Assembly: GCA_051294375.1 (NCBI GenBank)
Contig: CM119266.1
Span: 8,995,166-9,059,165 of the forward strand
From: Paraspadella gotoi
Taxonomy: Eukaryota > Animalia > Chaetognatha
Length of the DNA: 64,000 nucleotides
Direction of reading: 5' to 3'
This document shows, in pieces, positions 40,601 to 52,760 of the stretch. How positions within the stretch are numbered: position 1 is the first letter of the stretch; the number at the start of each line of letters is the position of its first letter. The notes beneath the pieces are model-generated. The model had not been told where the DNA came from. It searched no databases and saw only the letters and a list, made by a program, of their open reading frames with translations. Made by a program: the position numbers and the translations under genes.

Positions 40601-41481
40601 TTTAGTGCGGGGGTTAAATATGGGGATAGCACAAAATACTGTTTTTAGATACTAAATTCGGCTGTCACACCGTGTCACAGATGCTCTAAGGGATGTGTGA
40701 CACGGTGTGGACACGGATTGAGAATCTAAAACATATGGGGAAGTGGGGCTTTTAGTGCGGGGGTTAAATATGGGGTTAAGCACAAAAATACTGTTTTTAA
40801 ATACTAAATTTCGTGTCACACCCGGTCACAGAATGCATCTAAGGGATTGTGACACGGTGTGAACACGGGATGAGAATCTAAAAATAATGGGAAGGGCTGG
40901 GGCTTTTTAGTGCGGGGTTAAATATGGGATAAGCACAAAAAATAACTGTTTTTAGATACTAAATTCGTTGTCACACTGTCACAGACTGCCTCTAAGGGAT
41001 GTCGTGACACGGTGGACACGGATTGAGGAATCTAAAATATGGGGAAGGCTGGGGCTTTTTAGTGCGGGGGTTAAATATGGGGATAAGCACACAAAAAATA
41101 CTGTTTTAAGATACTAAATTCGTGTCACACCGTGTCACAGAGCATCTAAGGGATGTGTAGACACGTGTGACACGGATTGAGAATCTAAAAAATATGGGGA
41201 AGGCTGAGGGCTTTTTAGTCGTGGGTTAAATATGGGGATAAGCCACAAAAATACTGTTTTTAAATACTAAAATTTCGTGTCACACCGTGTCACAGATGCT
41301 CATAAGGGATGTGTGACGACGGTGTGACCACGGATTGAGAATCTAAAAATATTGGAAGGCTGGGGCTTTTTAGTGCGGGGGTTTAAATATGGGGATTAAG
41401 CACAAAAAAACTGTTTTTAGATACTAAAATTCGTTGGTCACACCGTGTCACAGATGCTCTAAAGGATGTGGTGAACACGGA
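37660..41481. repeat. ~151-bp tandem array (~25 units, ~13 clean) of a TIR-bounded, MITE-like unit
   Basis: Consensus by eye: gggatgtgtgacacggtgtgacacggattgagaatctaaaaatatggggaaggctggggcttttagtgcgggggttaaatatggggattaagcacaaaaatactgtttttagatactaaattcgtgtcacaccgtgtcacagatgctc-taa. The array runs into a 25-N gap, so its true length is unknown. Confidence 0.92.
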
Positions 41482-41506
41482 NNNNNNNNNNNNNNNNNNN
41501 NNNNNN

Positions 41507-44316
41507 TTTTTTTCTATCTTTTTTTCTTCCTATAATTGCGATATTGTGGACGTAATGAATATAATACATATAATCCGACAATAGCCATCATGCTTTCTCT
41601 TGGCTCCTAGAATTACAATCCCGCTATACCGCTCGCTCTACTGCCCGCTCCACCTATTGACTCCTTCAACCCAACTCCAGACAANNNNNNNNNNNNNNNN
41701 NNNNNNNNNNNNNNNNNNNNNNNNNNNNNNNNNNNNNNNNNNNNNNNNNNNNNNNNNNNNNNNNNNNNNNNNNNNNNNNNNNNNNNNNNNNNNNNNNNNN
41801 NNNNNNNNNNNNNNNNNNNNNNNNNTTTTTTTGTCTTTTCTCCTTCATTGACTAAGTCGGTTGACTCCTTTTCCTGATCACTGTCTCACCTCTTTCTCCT
41901 CCTCCTCCTNNNNNNNNNNNNNNNNNNNNNNNNNNNNNNNNNNNNNNNNNNNNNNNNNNNNNNNNNNNNNNNNNNNNNNNNNNNNNNNNNNNNNNNNNNN
42001 NNNNNNNNNNNNNNNNNNNNNNNNNNNNNNNNNNNNNNNNNNNNNNNNNNNNNNNNNNNNNNNNNNNNNNNNNNNNNNNNNNNNNNNNNNNNNNNNNNNN
42101 NNNNNNNNNNNNNNNNNNNNNNNNNNNNNNNNNNNNNNNNNNNTCTCATCAGTGCTCTTTTTCTCTTCCTTCACATTAATAGAAGAAACGTTAAAGAGCG
42201 AATTTCTTTTCCTAAGAATTTAAAACGAAGAACGTTAAAGAGAATTATTACACCAACAGCAGCTTGAGGTGACATCCCCTTTTCCTTCACCAAACGATGA
42301 AACGGAGGATGAATACTTATCGGATCTCCCTCTCTCAATCCCCAATCCCCCCAGTGCGATAATCCCCGATCCCCGATCTCCAAATCATTCCTTCTCACCT
42401 TGTCATTTAAATCTTCACCTTTTAAGGATCGAAATTTCNNNNNNNNNNNNNNNNNNNNNNNNNNNNNNNNNNNNNNNNNNNNNNNNNNNNNNNNNNNNNN
42501 NNNNNNNNNNNNNNNNNNNNNNNNNNNNNNNNNNNNNNNNNNNNNNNNNNNNNNNNNNNNNNNNNNNNNNNNNNNNNNNNNNNNNNNNNNNNNNNNNNNN
42601 NNNNNNNNNNNNNNNNNNNNNNNNNNNNNNNNNNNNNNNNNNNNNNNNNNNNNNNNNNNNNNNNNNNNNNNNNNNNNNNNNNNNNNNNNNNNNNNNNNNN
42701 NNNNNNNNNNNNNNNNNNNNNNNNNNNNNNNNNNNNNNNNNNNNNNNNNNNNNNNNNNNNNNNNNNNNNNNNNNNNNNNNNNNNNNNNNNNNNNNNNNNN
42801 NNNNNNNNNNNNNNNNNNNNNNNNNNNNNNNNNNNNNNNNNNNNNNNNNNNNNNNNNNNNNNNNNNNNNNNNNNNNNNNNNNNNNNNNNNNNNNNNNNNN
42901 NNNNNNNNNNNNNNNNNNNNNNNNNNNNNNNNNNNNNNNNNNNNNNNNNNNNNNNNNNNNNNNNNNNNNNNNNNNNNNNNNNNNNNNNNNNNNNNNNNNN
43001 NNNNNNNNNNNNNNNNNNNNNNNNNNNNNNNNNNNNNNNNNNNNNNNNNNNNNNNNNNNNNNNNNNNNNNNNNNNNNNNNNNNNNNNNNNNNNNNNNNNN
43101 NNNNNNNNNNNNNNNNNNNNNNNNNNNNNNNNNNNNNNNNNNNNNNNNNNNNNNNNNNNNNNNNNNNNNNTCTCTCTTCGATCGAATCGCGTTTCTCCAA
43201 CAAATTTATTCCCTCGACTCTACTTCCGGTTTGAAGGAGGCGCCGCAGCCCGCCGCAGCCCGCCGCAGTCCGCCGCAGCCGCCGCCGCCGGTTAAGCCGT
43301 CACCTACGCCGCCGAAATGGCGCCGGGTCTGATCGGCGGCGTCGGGAATGGCACCGGCGTCAACCTAGAGAGAGAGAGAGAGAGTAGAGATGAGAGAGAG
43401 GAGAGGAGAGAATAGAGAGAGAGAGATGAGAGATAGAGAGACTTCCGACTCGTTGAGGTAATATTCGGGGCGCGGGTGCTCGTGAGTTTAAAGATATGGG
43501 GCGATGGAGCGGCGCGTCTATTGCATGAGCGCGCCTGTGTTAGTATGAGTTATTCGAACGAGTCGCCGGTTTCTTGGATGTAGAGGGAGAGAGAGAGATG
43601 AAGTGATGATGTAGAGTATGGAGAGAGATGAGAGAGGAGAAGAGATGCGAGATAGAGAGAGAGTGATGAGAGATGATGAGGGGGAGGCAGAGGTAGGGAA
43701 GCTGTAATATTTTGAGATTTAGTGTTGAGCTTTCACTTTATGTTTTGTTTACGTTTCGTGTCACATGTTCTGTTTTCTTTCTCAATAGGCAAAATTAATA
43801 AAATTACTGGTGCATCCTAAACGTATTCATTAAATCGAATAACTAAATATTCGAAATATTCGCCGGAAAAATAATAAATAATTGAAAATTCCGAGAATCT
43901 TGATGAGGATTCCACGTATCGTGAATGTGGATTAATATCTCATGAATCTGGATGCGTCAACCTTATGAATTATGATTTAATTCAATTTCAACTTCGCATT
44001 TTTCTCTCTCAATTTCACGCGCCGGCGCTTCATTCGCGAACGCCTTTCGTTACCATTTACGAAAATAGCTGTGACTGATGGAGTAGATGTAGTATAGAGA
44101 GTGAAAGAGAGATGATCGAGTAGAGAAGAGATGAGTAGAGAGAGATGATGATGAGAGAGAGAATTGAGAGATAAGAGAGAGAGATGGAGAGGAGTATGAG
44201 ATGATTGAGAGAAATATGGGTCTAAAGATCGAAAGCACAAAAGCCTTCGTCCAAAATCTGTGACCCACAAATTTTCCTCTTCGGCTAAAAATAGAATTTT
44301 TAGCTCTACATTTCGA

Positions 44317-44356
<40 letters not shown>

Positions 44357-45660
44357 CTCGTCACGAAGACTGAGTCTTGTTCGAGTGTAATTTGATTTTA
44401 ATACTTAACAAATTAAAAATACGCTTTTAATGGAATAATCGGTATTAATATAATATTAGTCGTAATCGAATAAACCTAAATTAAATGAAAAGAGAAATCA
44501 ATTTCTCATTCGTTTATGTCATATTTCATTTTATTATACTTTTCTAATTTTTTTTTCTTTAAACATTTTTTGTAACCTTTATTTTCAATTCTAATCCGTG
44601 GTTTGATGTCAACTGAGACATTTGTCGTCGTCGTTGTTGTTGTCGTCGTCGTCGTTGTCGTCGTCGTTGTCGTCGTCGTTGTTGTTGTTGTCGTCGTCGT
44701 CGTCCTTCCCTTCTTCCTCGTCCCTCTCCTCCTTAAAAAATAGAAAAGGATAACTCGAGTTTTTTTTTTTTTTAATCAAATTCGATTGAATGAAATTCCT
44801 GAGGATTTCCGATTAAACTCGAATTGAAGCCTTGTCCTTTTTCTTCTCTCTCTCGATGAAAATTAAAAAGAAAAGAAAAAATATATATTTTTGAGAGGAA
44901 AAAAACTAAATCAGGAGGAAAAAAGAGGGAAAAAAGAGGTTTTGATTAATTTTGTTATTTTTGTTTGTCGAAATTAAAATTTCATTATTCATAAGGGAAG
45001 CGGAGGTAAAATATTCTAAAAATAGCGTTTTCTGTGTTTTGTTTTATCGTATGAAAAAAAAAACATTGTACATAATTCAACTAAAAACTGAAAGTTCTTA
45101 CAATTTGACCAGTTTACAAGTAAACCTTAAATATTTCAAAGCGTTCGTTTCAAAAAAATAAATAAAGTTATAAACTCATAAAAATGAATAGATAAATATA
45201 CAATTTGATAGTATAACTCGAGGATAAATTCAACGTTTCCATCTTTTCCTATTTGTTCTTTTTTTCGTGAGACTCTCACAGTCTCTCACAGCCTCTTATT
45301 TTTTCCCGTTTGTCACAAATCACGACCAGACTTTTTCTTTCTTTTTTCATTTCTTTCCTTTTTCTTTTCTTTCCTCATTCTTTTCTTTCTTTATTCTTTA
45401 TTCTTTATCGTTTTTCTTCGCCCTCGATTTTTTTACGGTTTTTATTTTTACGGTTATTGTTATTTGTTGCCGCTACGTTTTTCTTTTTTTTTCTTTTTGG
45501 TGGTGACTTTTTTTCGCCGAGTAGGTCGGTTGGTCGGTTGGTCGGTTTGTCGGTCCGTCTGAATGTCGGTCCGTCGGTCCCCGTGGGCCAACAAAGTCGT
45601 GTTCTTTTGGCGGCCTTTTTGGCGCTACAAGAAAAGGGAGACTTATTGTCTCCTTCGTTC
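41507..45660. repeat. Another gapped copy of ~18740-23058
   Basis: Same landmarks in the same order (ataattgcgatattgtggacg, gaaggaggcgccgcagcc, ggcgctacaagaaaagggag). This copy continues into unique sequence after ~45660. Confidence 0.9.
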
Positions 45661-46398
45661 GTCGTCGTCGTCGTAGGTATTTTTGTTGTTGTTGTTGTAG
45701 TTTTTAATGTTGTTGTTGTTGTTGTTGTTGTTTAAACGTCTAGTCACGCCGCCATCGATTTAAAAGCTTCGTTTGTTCCTGGAGGACCGGAGGTGAAATT
45801 TTTTTAGCTTTAAGCTTCATATTCTTGACGACGGCAAATCGCCGAGTCTGATTGGTCTTAATTCCAATTTTATTGACGTATGTATAATTGTATATTGTAT
45901 AATGTAATTGTATATTTCGTGCCGGTTTGTTACTTTATATTTGAACCGGATGATGTATGTCATTTTTTTTATATATCTATTACATATCGTCGTCGTTATT
46001 GTTTTAGTTGTTGTTGTTGTTGTTGTTTTGCGTGGTTGATGCGGTTTTCGACGGAGCTTTTTCGCACTGAACTGTCGCCACAGGCCATTTGCACTTTCAT
46101 AGAAGTACCCTGCAAGAGCGAGAGAGAGAAGAGAGAGAGAGAGAGAGAACCGGAGAGAGAGAGAGAGAGAGAGAGACGAGAAGAGAGAGAAAATGAGGAG
46201 GAGGACTTGAGAGAGAGACAAGACAGACAGACAGACAGACAGACACGGTTGGCAACCAGACAGAAGAACAGACTTAAGAAGAGGCCAATAGATTCGGTAA
46301 CCTATAATGATACGCGATTCGGAAGAAAATATTCGCATGATGGCGGTTGGCAATGAAATTTTTTTTTGCTCTGCTCAGGGGTACGTGCAATTCTTGCG

Positions 46399-46433
<35 letters not shown>

Positions 46434-47007
46434 CTCTCTCTTCTCTCTCTTCTCTCCTCTCTCTCTCTCTCTTCTCTCTCTCCTCTCTCCTCTCTCTTCT
46501 ATCCCAATCGCCTCCAGTTTGAAGTGGGCCAATTCTACTTCGGTCGTTTCCCTTCAATTTTTCTGTTGATCAATTTTTTTTTACGATCGTTTTGACGCAG
46601 ACGTCATCAAAGGTGGAACAACAACAACAACAAACACAACAACAACAAGATCAATTATTTTTATAGTTGTTGTCGTCGTCTTCTTCGTCGTCGTCCTCAT
46701 CGTCGTCGTTGTCACAGTAATCGTTATCGTTTGACTTTTGATCGGTTGCATATGATGATTTAAAATGAGTCTTTGATGCTTAAGTTGCCGTGCCCAACAA
46801 AAGAGGGCTTTTTTTAATTAATAGTATAATATTATAATCGATAGAATTACTACGTTTAAATCCTTAGCTACATCCGGTATCGTTTTTCCTTCTTCTTCGT
46901 TTAGAAAAAGAAGAAAAGAGGTTAGGAAAATATTTATTTGTCGCTGGGAAATCATAGAGGGCGAAAGAGGGCGAGGCTAGGGCGAGAAAAGGGTCAACAA
47001 AAAGGAA

Positions 47008-47075
<68 letters not shown>

Positions 47076-47795
47076 GAAAGAAAAAAAGAAAGAAAGAAAT
47101 AAAGAAAGAAAAATAACAGAAAAAAGTCTTATAGTATAAAGCCTTCGCCTCAACAGAGACAGAAGGAGACAGACAGAGACAGAGGGAGACAGACAGAGAC
47201 AGAGAGAGACAGAGAGAGAGACAGAGAGAGACAAAGAGGCCTGACACGATCTTTGTTAGAGACGATTGTTTACATTTTCCTTCGTCGCGTGTCCACGCGA
47301 TTTCTTATTTGTGTGTGGAGGAGGGATAGATGTGTGTGGACGGGGAAGAAATTTGAAGAAAAAAATGAAGACGAAGATGAAATGAAATATAAAGGGAGAA
47401 GAAGGAAAGGAAGAAAGTATGAGAAACTATGAAAGAAATCCTACCTTTCTTCTTTTCCTTCTTTCTTTTCTTTTTCTCTTTTCTCTTCTTACCTTCCCTC
47501 GTTCTCATTACAATTTAACTTACTTTTTATATTTTCTCCCTTTTTAATCATTCCTAAAAACTTACCTCACATCAAATCACCCAACTTCAAGCTTCGCCAC
47601 CTTTCGCTACTCGAACCACCCTTTTCCCACTCCCGCCGTCCACCCTCCACCCACTTTTTCCTAAAACCCCTCTTCATTTTACCACCCCACGACCCCCCAG
47701 TCCCCTAAACTCTCCAAACCCCCCTTTTTTTCCTCCTCTAAAACTCCCCAAGGGCGAAGATCGTTTGCGGTTTCTGCTCCCGTCAAAAACTTCGT

Positions 47796-47844
<49 letters not shown>

Positions 47845-48319
47845 CGGAGGAAGTCGGGACTTAAAATCAAAACAACATCGACCATCAAAACCGAACGAGA
47901 TCCGAGAAAAGACTAGAACATCCTAACAACAACGACAACAACAACGACGACAACAACAACAACGACAACGACGACAACGACAACAACAACAACGACAACA
48001 AAAACGACATCTAGAAATCATAATTCTCTTCCTTCATCCTTCGTTTTTCCTCTTTGTCGTCGTTGTAGTTTTTTTGTTGTTGTTATCAATCATTCTCTTT
48101 CATCCGATTAGCCTTTTCCAGTAACTCGCTAATATTACGTAGAAGTTTCTCTTAATCTCTTCACTTCGGATTATAGACGCATGATTATCATATTTTGTTG
48201 TCGTCGTCGTCATCAGCGTCGTCGTTATCGTCGTCGTCATCGTCGTCATCGTATGGTCGTCATATTTTTGATCTTGTTTTTTCAAGAGATCCAGTTTCCT
48301 TCTGCAACATAATGGTATT

Positions 48320-48560
48320 ATTAGTTGCGCCGCGAGTACTCGCGGAGCAACTCTATAAGTCACTTTTCGGTCGGTCTGTCGGTCGGTTTGTCTGTCTGTC
48401 GGTCTGTCCCACTTACGTTAAAAATGCATACAATTTGCCTAGGGCTAGGAAAGTTGTCATGTCATATCGTGTGATCAAATATCAAATATCAAATATCACA
48501 CGTGAAAATAAAGTCAATTCGGCGCAACACATTAGAATCACCATTCGTATCTTTTATTAT
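48320..48560 (+). mobile_element. HINE/DINE-like element, independent copy of the 18084 family
   Basis: ttagttgcgccgcgagtactcgcggagcaactctataagtcacttttcgg-(GTCG/GTCT)n-..ttaaaaatgcat..tcggcgcaacacattagaatcacc. Ends are shared with 18084; the middle and flanks differ. Confidence 0.7.
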
Positions 48561-48786
48561 TATTTTTTTGTTAGATTTTACAACAAAATTTATAATTTTC
48601 ATTCTTGTCCGTTGAAGATCTTTTCCATCGTCGTGATCGTCGTCCATTCTGTCGTTTCTGTCCTCATCATCGTCATCGTCGTCGTCGTCGTCGTCGTCTT
48701 AATTTCAGCGACCACATTTGTTGTTGTTGTTGTCGTCGTCATCAAAGCCGTGTTTCCTACGCAGGAGTTTTTTGTTTTCTGTTTTG

Positions 48787-48906
<120 letters not shown>

Positions 48907-50432
48907 CCACCGTCAGATCTCACGAAGCCCTAAGTCCCATAACCCTCTTCGTCTTACCAGGCCTTTCCTCTCTACAGGCCCGATCAGGCGTCCTCATACT
49001 TTATCAGGCCTCTCTACATCCTTGCGGGGCTTCGCCAGGCGGCAACAGGCAGAGTCGTTCTTTGACCTTCTTTCTCTTTTGATGAGACGTCGGGCTTTTT
49101 TTTTCTGTTTGCGGTAAACAGATTTCCCTCTCGATTGAACATAGAATCTCTTTCCTTTCTTTTCTTTTCTTTTCTATTCTTTTCTTTTCTTTTTTTTCTT
49201 TTCTTTTCCTTTCTTTTTTTTTCTTTTCTTTTCCTTTCTTTTTCTTTCTTTCACTTTCAGCCCTCGCATTTTTTGCCTTTTTATTNNNNNNNNNNNNNNN
49301 NNNNNNNNNNTGTACCAGCTCAAGAAAGGCTATATAGGACGAAGAAAACTTACCAAGGATCGCGAATCGCTTAATTTCGCACGGAACAAAAACCTTGAGT
49401 GATTGCAAGCATCCTCTTGACAAGCACTTCAACAAGGCTCGGACGTACACCCTGCTCGAGTCTTTCCTTTGTTTCCCGGGACTTTTGCCTGTTGAAAAAT
49501 TCCCTGCCGCGCAGGTCTCTGTTTGAGTTGACCCGTCGTCCAAACCAATAACCCGGTTGGGCAACCCTCAGTCCAAGTCTTCGGGCGCAGAACGAGTGGA
49601 AGATGTCGCAGCCATGATAGAGGTTTGATTAATCGATATGCCCGCTGGACCCGGATATGGGAATGTGGCCAGTTGTCCCTTTGTTATTTTCATTCCCTCA
49701 TTTTTCTAGTAGGGCGATGAAGCGGCGACCAATTTGTCGCCTATTCCTTCCCACCGAAGGCTTATTGAACATCTGAGCACCGTATGCTTACGGCAATGAT
49801 GGCACAGTACCGAAGAAGTAATATCTTACGATTACAAATTTAGTAAACGTATAATCATAGTAAACATATTATTTTACCATTTTATCGATATCGTGGCTAA
49901 TTTCGAAAGACCTCATGGCCTCAGATTTTTCCGTGCTTTTTCATATAAACTATCTTCTAACACTTTTCGGCCCCTCGCATTCGCTTCATCCCGCGGATAC
50001 CAATCTGGGAACGTTGAAAAATAGAGATGGCAAAGGCTTACGAAGGAAAACTATTTTTTTTCGTTTCTTTTCGCGACACATCCTTTCTGTCACTTTACAG
50101 AACGAGAGACAAGTTTCAGCCCGCCAAACGCCGCGCGCCTCTACGTCCAGGTTCTCGATCGCATACTCCTAGTCAAGCACAGGCCCCCTCTATGTTGTGA
50201 GACGAAGACCGCTATTCTCGGTATGGGCAATGAACACCTTCTGAGACGTTTTCAGAGACGAGGAAAGAGGGTGGAAGTGATGCTCCCATGAGGCTCCCGC
50301 AAGAAATGGTACTTCTAGGTTACGGCCGATTGAGGGATTCGATGGGAAGAACAAGAAAGGTTTGAAACCTTTACTATTTAGATGATTAAAAAATGTTTAT
50401 TTTATATTCAAATCTTATTTATTTTGTCAATA

Positions 50433-51263
50433 GAATTATGGATACGCTCTATGCCGATTGGACTTTCTTTTTCGGATGTGCAAAAGATGGCATTCGATTG
50501 ATGAATTAAAGACGACGACGACCGGCGATGATGATGATGATGATGAGGCCCAAAGAGGAAAAAAGCAAAGTTGTGGTTTCCGAATCCGAAGAGGAAAAAG
50601 ATCGAGGGTTGGGCTACAAAAGCAACGGTGGCCGTTCGAATCCTCTATCGCGCAGCGTTCAGGTTTTTCCCGTTTCGGCTTCCCGGCTCTCGGTCCGTTC
50701 TTGGATATTACTTAGAAGCCGCATCTGGTAGATGAAGCCACAACGGACGCGATCGCGCTTCCGAATCAGTGGCTTCTAAAGGGTGTTCAGGATCGCGTCC
50801 GCCTCGCGCGTCTCTCCAAAATTCAGGCTCGGATCGTGTCGAACGATCAAGGGCTCGCCGCCTCGGGGGCAATCGCGGAATTCGCCTTAAGCGGTTAGGA
50901 TGTAAGGCTGTGCGAGGATACTACTACCCCTTCGAGCCCCATTATTGAGCGACATCGTTGGAAAGGTCTCCAGTGTCCATCTCCGGCTGCGTCTCCAACG
51001 GTATCTCCGACTAGAGTTTCGGCTAGATGCTGGTTCTTCAGCATACAACGGCCCCTAGCGTCATGAGAAGGTTCACCAGCAAAAAATCACTTCGCCTCCT
51101 GGATCCCAACGAGAAGCCCTTAGCCATCTGGGTCGGCGAAAAGGCAGGACGCTTCGGACTGCTTAGTGGAGGCAGAGGTGAGAGCGACGTAGGCGCGAAA
51201 AAGGCAAAGAAAGCTGAAAAGAAGACATTTTTGGCACTGACTCGGAAGACTGAATGGAACTGA
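50433..51263 (+). pseudogene. Unidentified coding-like segment inside the piggyBac-like block, convergent with the transposase
   Basis: GC-richer block after an AT-rich intron-like stretch ending ..gtcaatAG. Reads NYGYALCRLDFLFRMCKRWHSIDELK..acidic tract..EEKSKVVVSESEEEK..GAKKAKKAEKKTFLALTRKTEWN* with frameshifts. Confidence 0.3.
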
Positions 51264-51419
51264 TCTGCACTTACAACAGCCTTTGTCGTTTGACGTTGTG
51301 TCCCAAAATCTATATATTTTTGAAAAATGTTTGAAAAAATTTGTTTGGTTCTTATTTTTTTAGTTTTTAATATGTAAATATCTTTTTCGCGTCAAAATAT
51401 AAAATTTGGAACGAAATAC

Positions 51420-52760
51420 GGGTCTTTAGTTCTCTGAACATTTTTGATGTGCGGCTTGGTGCGCGATCTTTGGCGGCCCTAACTTACGCCGAGCAACTGT
51501 CGCGTCTTGGCGTGTGCGTCATGGTTCTGCTCGGCTGCTCATCGCTATGTCATTCAGGGTAAGCTGAATTCGATAGAGGAGGTCTTTTTGACGAGATTCA
51601 CTACCAGGTTTTGCCTCGTCGGCATTCCTTCGTTCTCTTCATTGCTCCTGTCCGACATTTTCCATCGTCCGGCCCACGAGTTGACCGAATCCCCGAACGT
51701 ACGAGCCTGAACCAACTGTGTTAGTTACAAAGCATCCATCGAAAGGCGAGAGATAATCTTGATTCATTATAATACGATGTGGCATATGATTTTTATGCTA
51801 TTTTTATTTACGTACAGATGGTTAGCAAATATATTCTTCACACGGAAGCCTGTAGTTACGGATGAAAGTCCAGCCTTGATTTGAGATGTGTCTCGTACTG
51901 TCCGGGATATTGGGAAAAAAGTTCAGGCATACTGATGATATAACGGGAGCGCCCCAGATACAGGCGATACTACTTTATGTCTACGAGATTGTTGAGGATG
52001 AATGTGTTTGGCCGACGGCTTTGGATTTTTTGAGGCGTTTCCCAAATTGGCAGGCATTTTGATAAGTGACCCTGTGTAGCCAAATCCCACTGGACTGGAG
52101 TAAAAATCATTGTACATCTGTAGTAGGTATATTGTAAGTTATTAACGACCGACTTTTTCTAACGATTTTAAAATTTTCTGCGATGTTTTTTTTGATTTCT
52201 AATTTGGCAGTTCAAAAACTATTTTTTTGGGTGATTGTATCATACGACAATATTGCTATATTTTTGATCCGATTAATTCCACCAATATGGTTTGAGTCCT
52301 TTAAAACAAATTTTCTCATGAATAAGACTAGAAAACGGTCATGTCATTTCTTGTGCGTCATTTTGCGGACGGTGAAGGCGTATCAACATTACTATAATTA
52401 CATGGCACGCCGACATTCGATTGTTCGGACTTTGACCGTTGAGGATACGGCGTCTCGGAAGCTTGTTCGTCGGCCTCCGGCCTCTCTCCTTTCGTATATT
52501 CTCACTTCAACTTGGTGTGCAAGCAGCTTTCTCTGCATCCGGAATCACAGTTGATTTGCTCCTGTTTCCTGTCGCCAGTTCTCGATAACGGAAAATGATA
52601 TTCGCTTTTCGTCTCCTCACCGTTCCTATTCTGGATAGTCTAAATTTTATCCGAATTTAAAAAATTCCAAACCCAAGAGGTTTCGACTTCAATAGTCCGG
52701 TCCTTGCCCCATCTCTTCACCTGTTCCGAAAGCCGTTGTCTTCGATAGGTCAAATCACGG
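51420..52760 (-). pseudogene. piggyBac-type DDD transposase remnants
   Basis: Motifs appear in the expected order on the minus strand across frameshifts and deletions: KPLG..FF..DKI (~52680), MT-x-DRFL (~52345; cf. MSRNRF), MYNDFYSSPV-GFGYTGSL..MPANL (52117-52040; cf. Y-x-D-N-F-Y-T-S..G..TGT), YYNE (~51770), F..MDAL.TN (~51735), then an Arg/Cys-containing tail. Confidence 0.55.

Noticed and set aside
37660-41481. CRISPR-like array (palindromic repeats with regular spacing)
   Set aside because: The sequence between palindromes is the same in every unit, and variation is indel noise that increases leftward. There are no unique spacers and no cas genes, and the context is eukaryotic.
41600-43332. 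Long ORFs of up to 321 aa
   Set aside because: They consist mostly of N-gap X residues.
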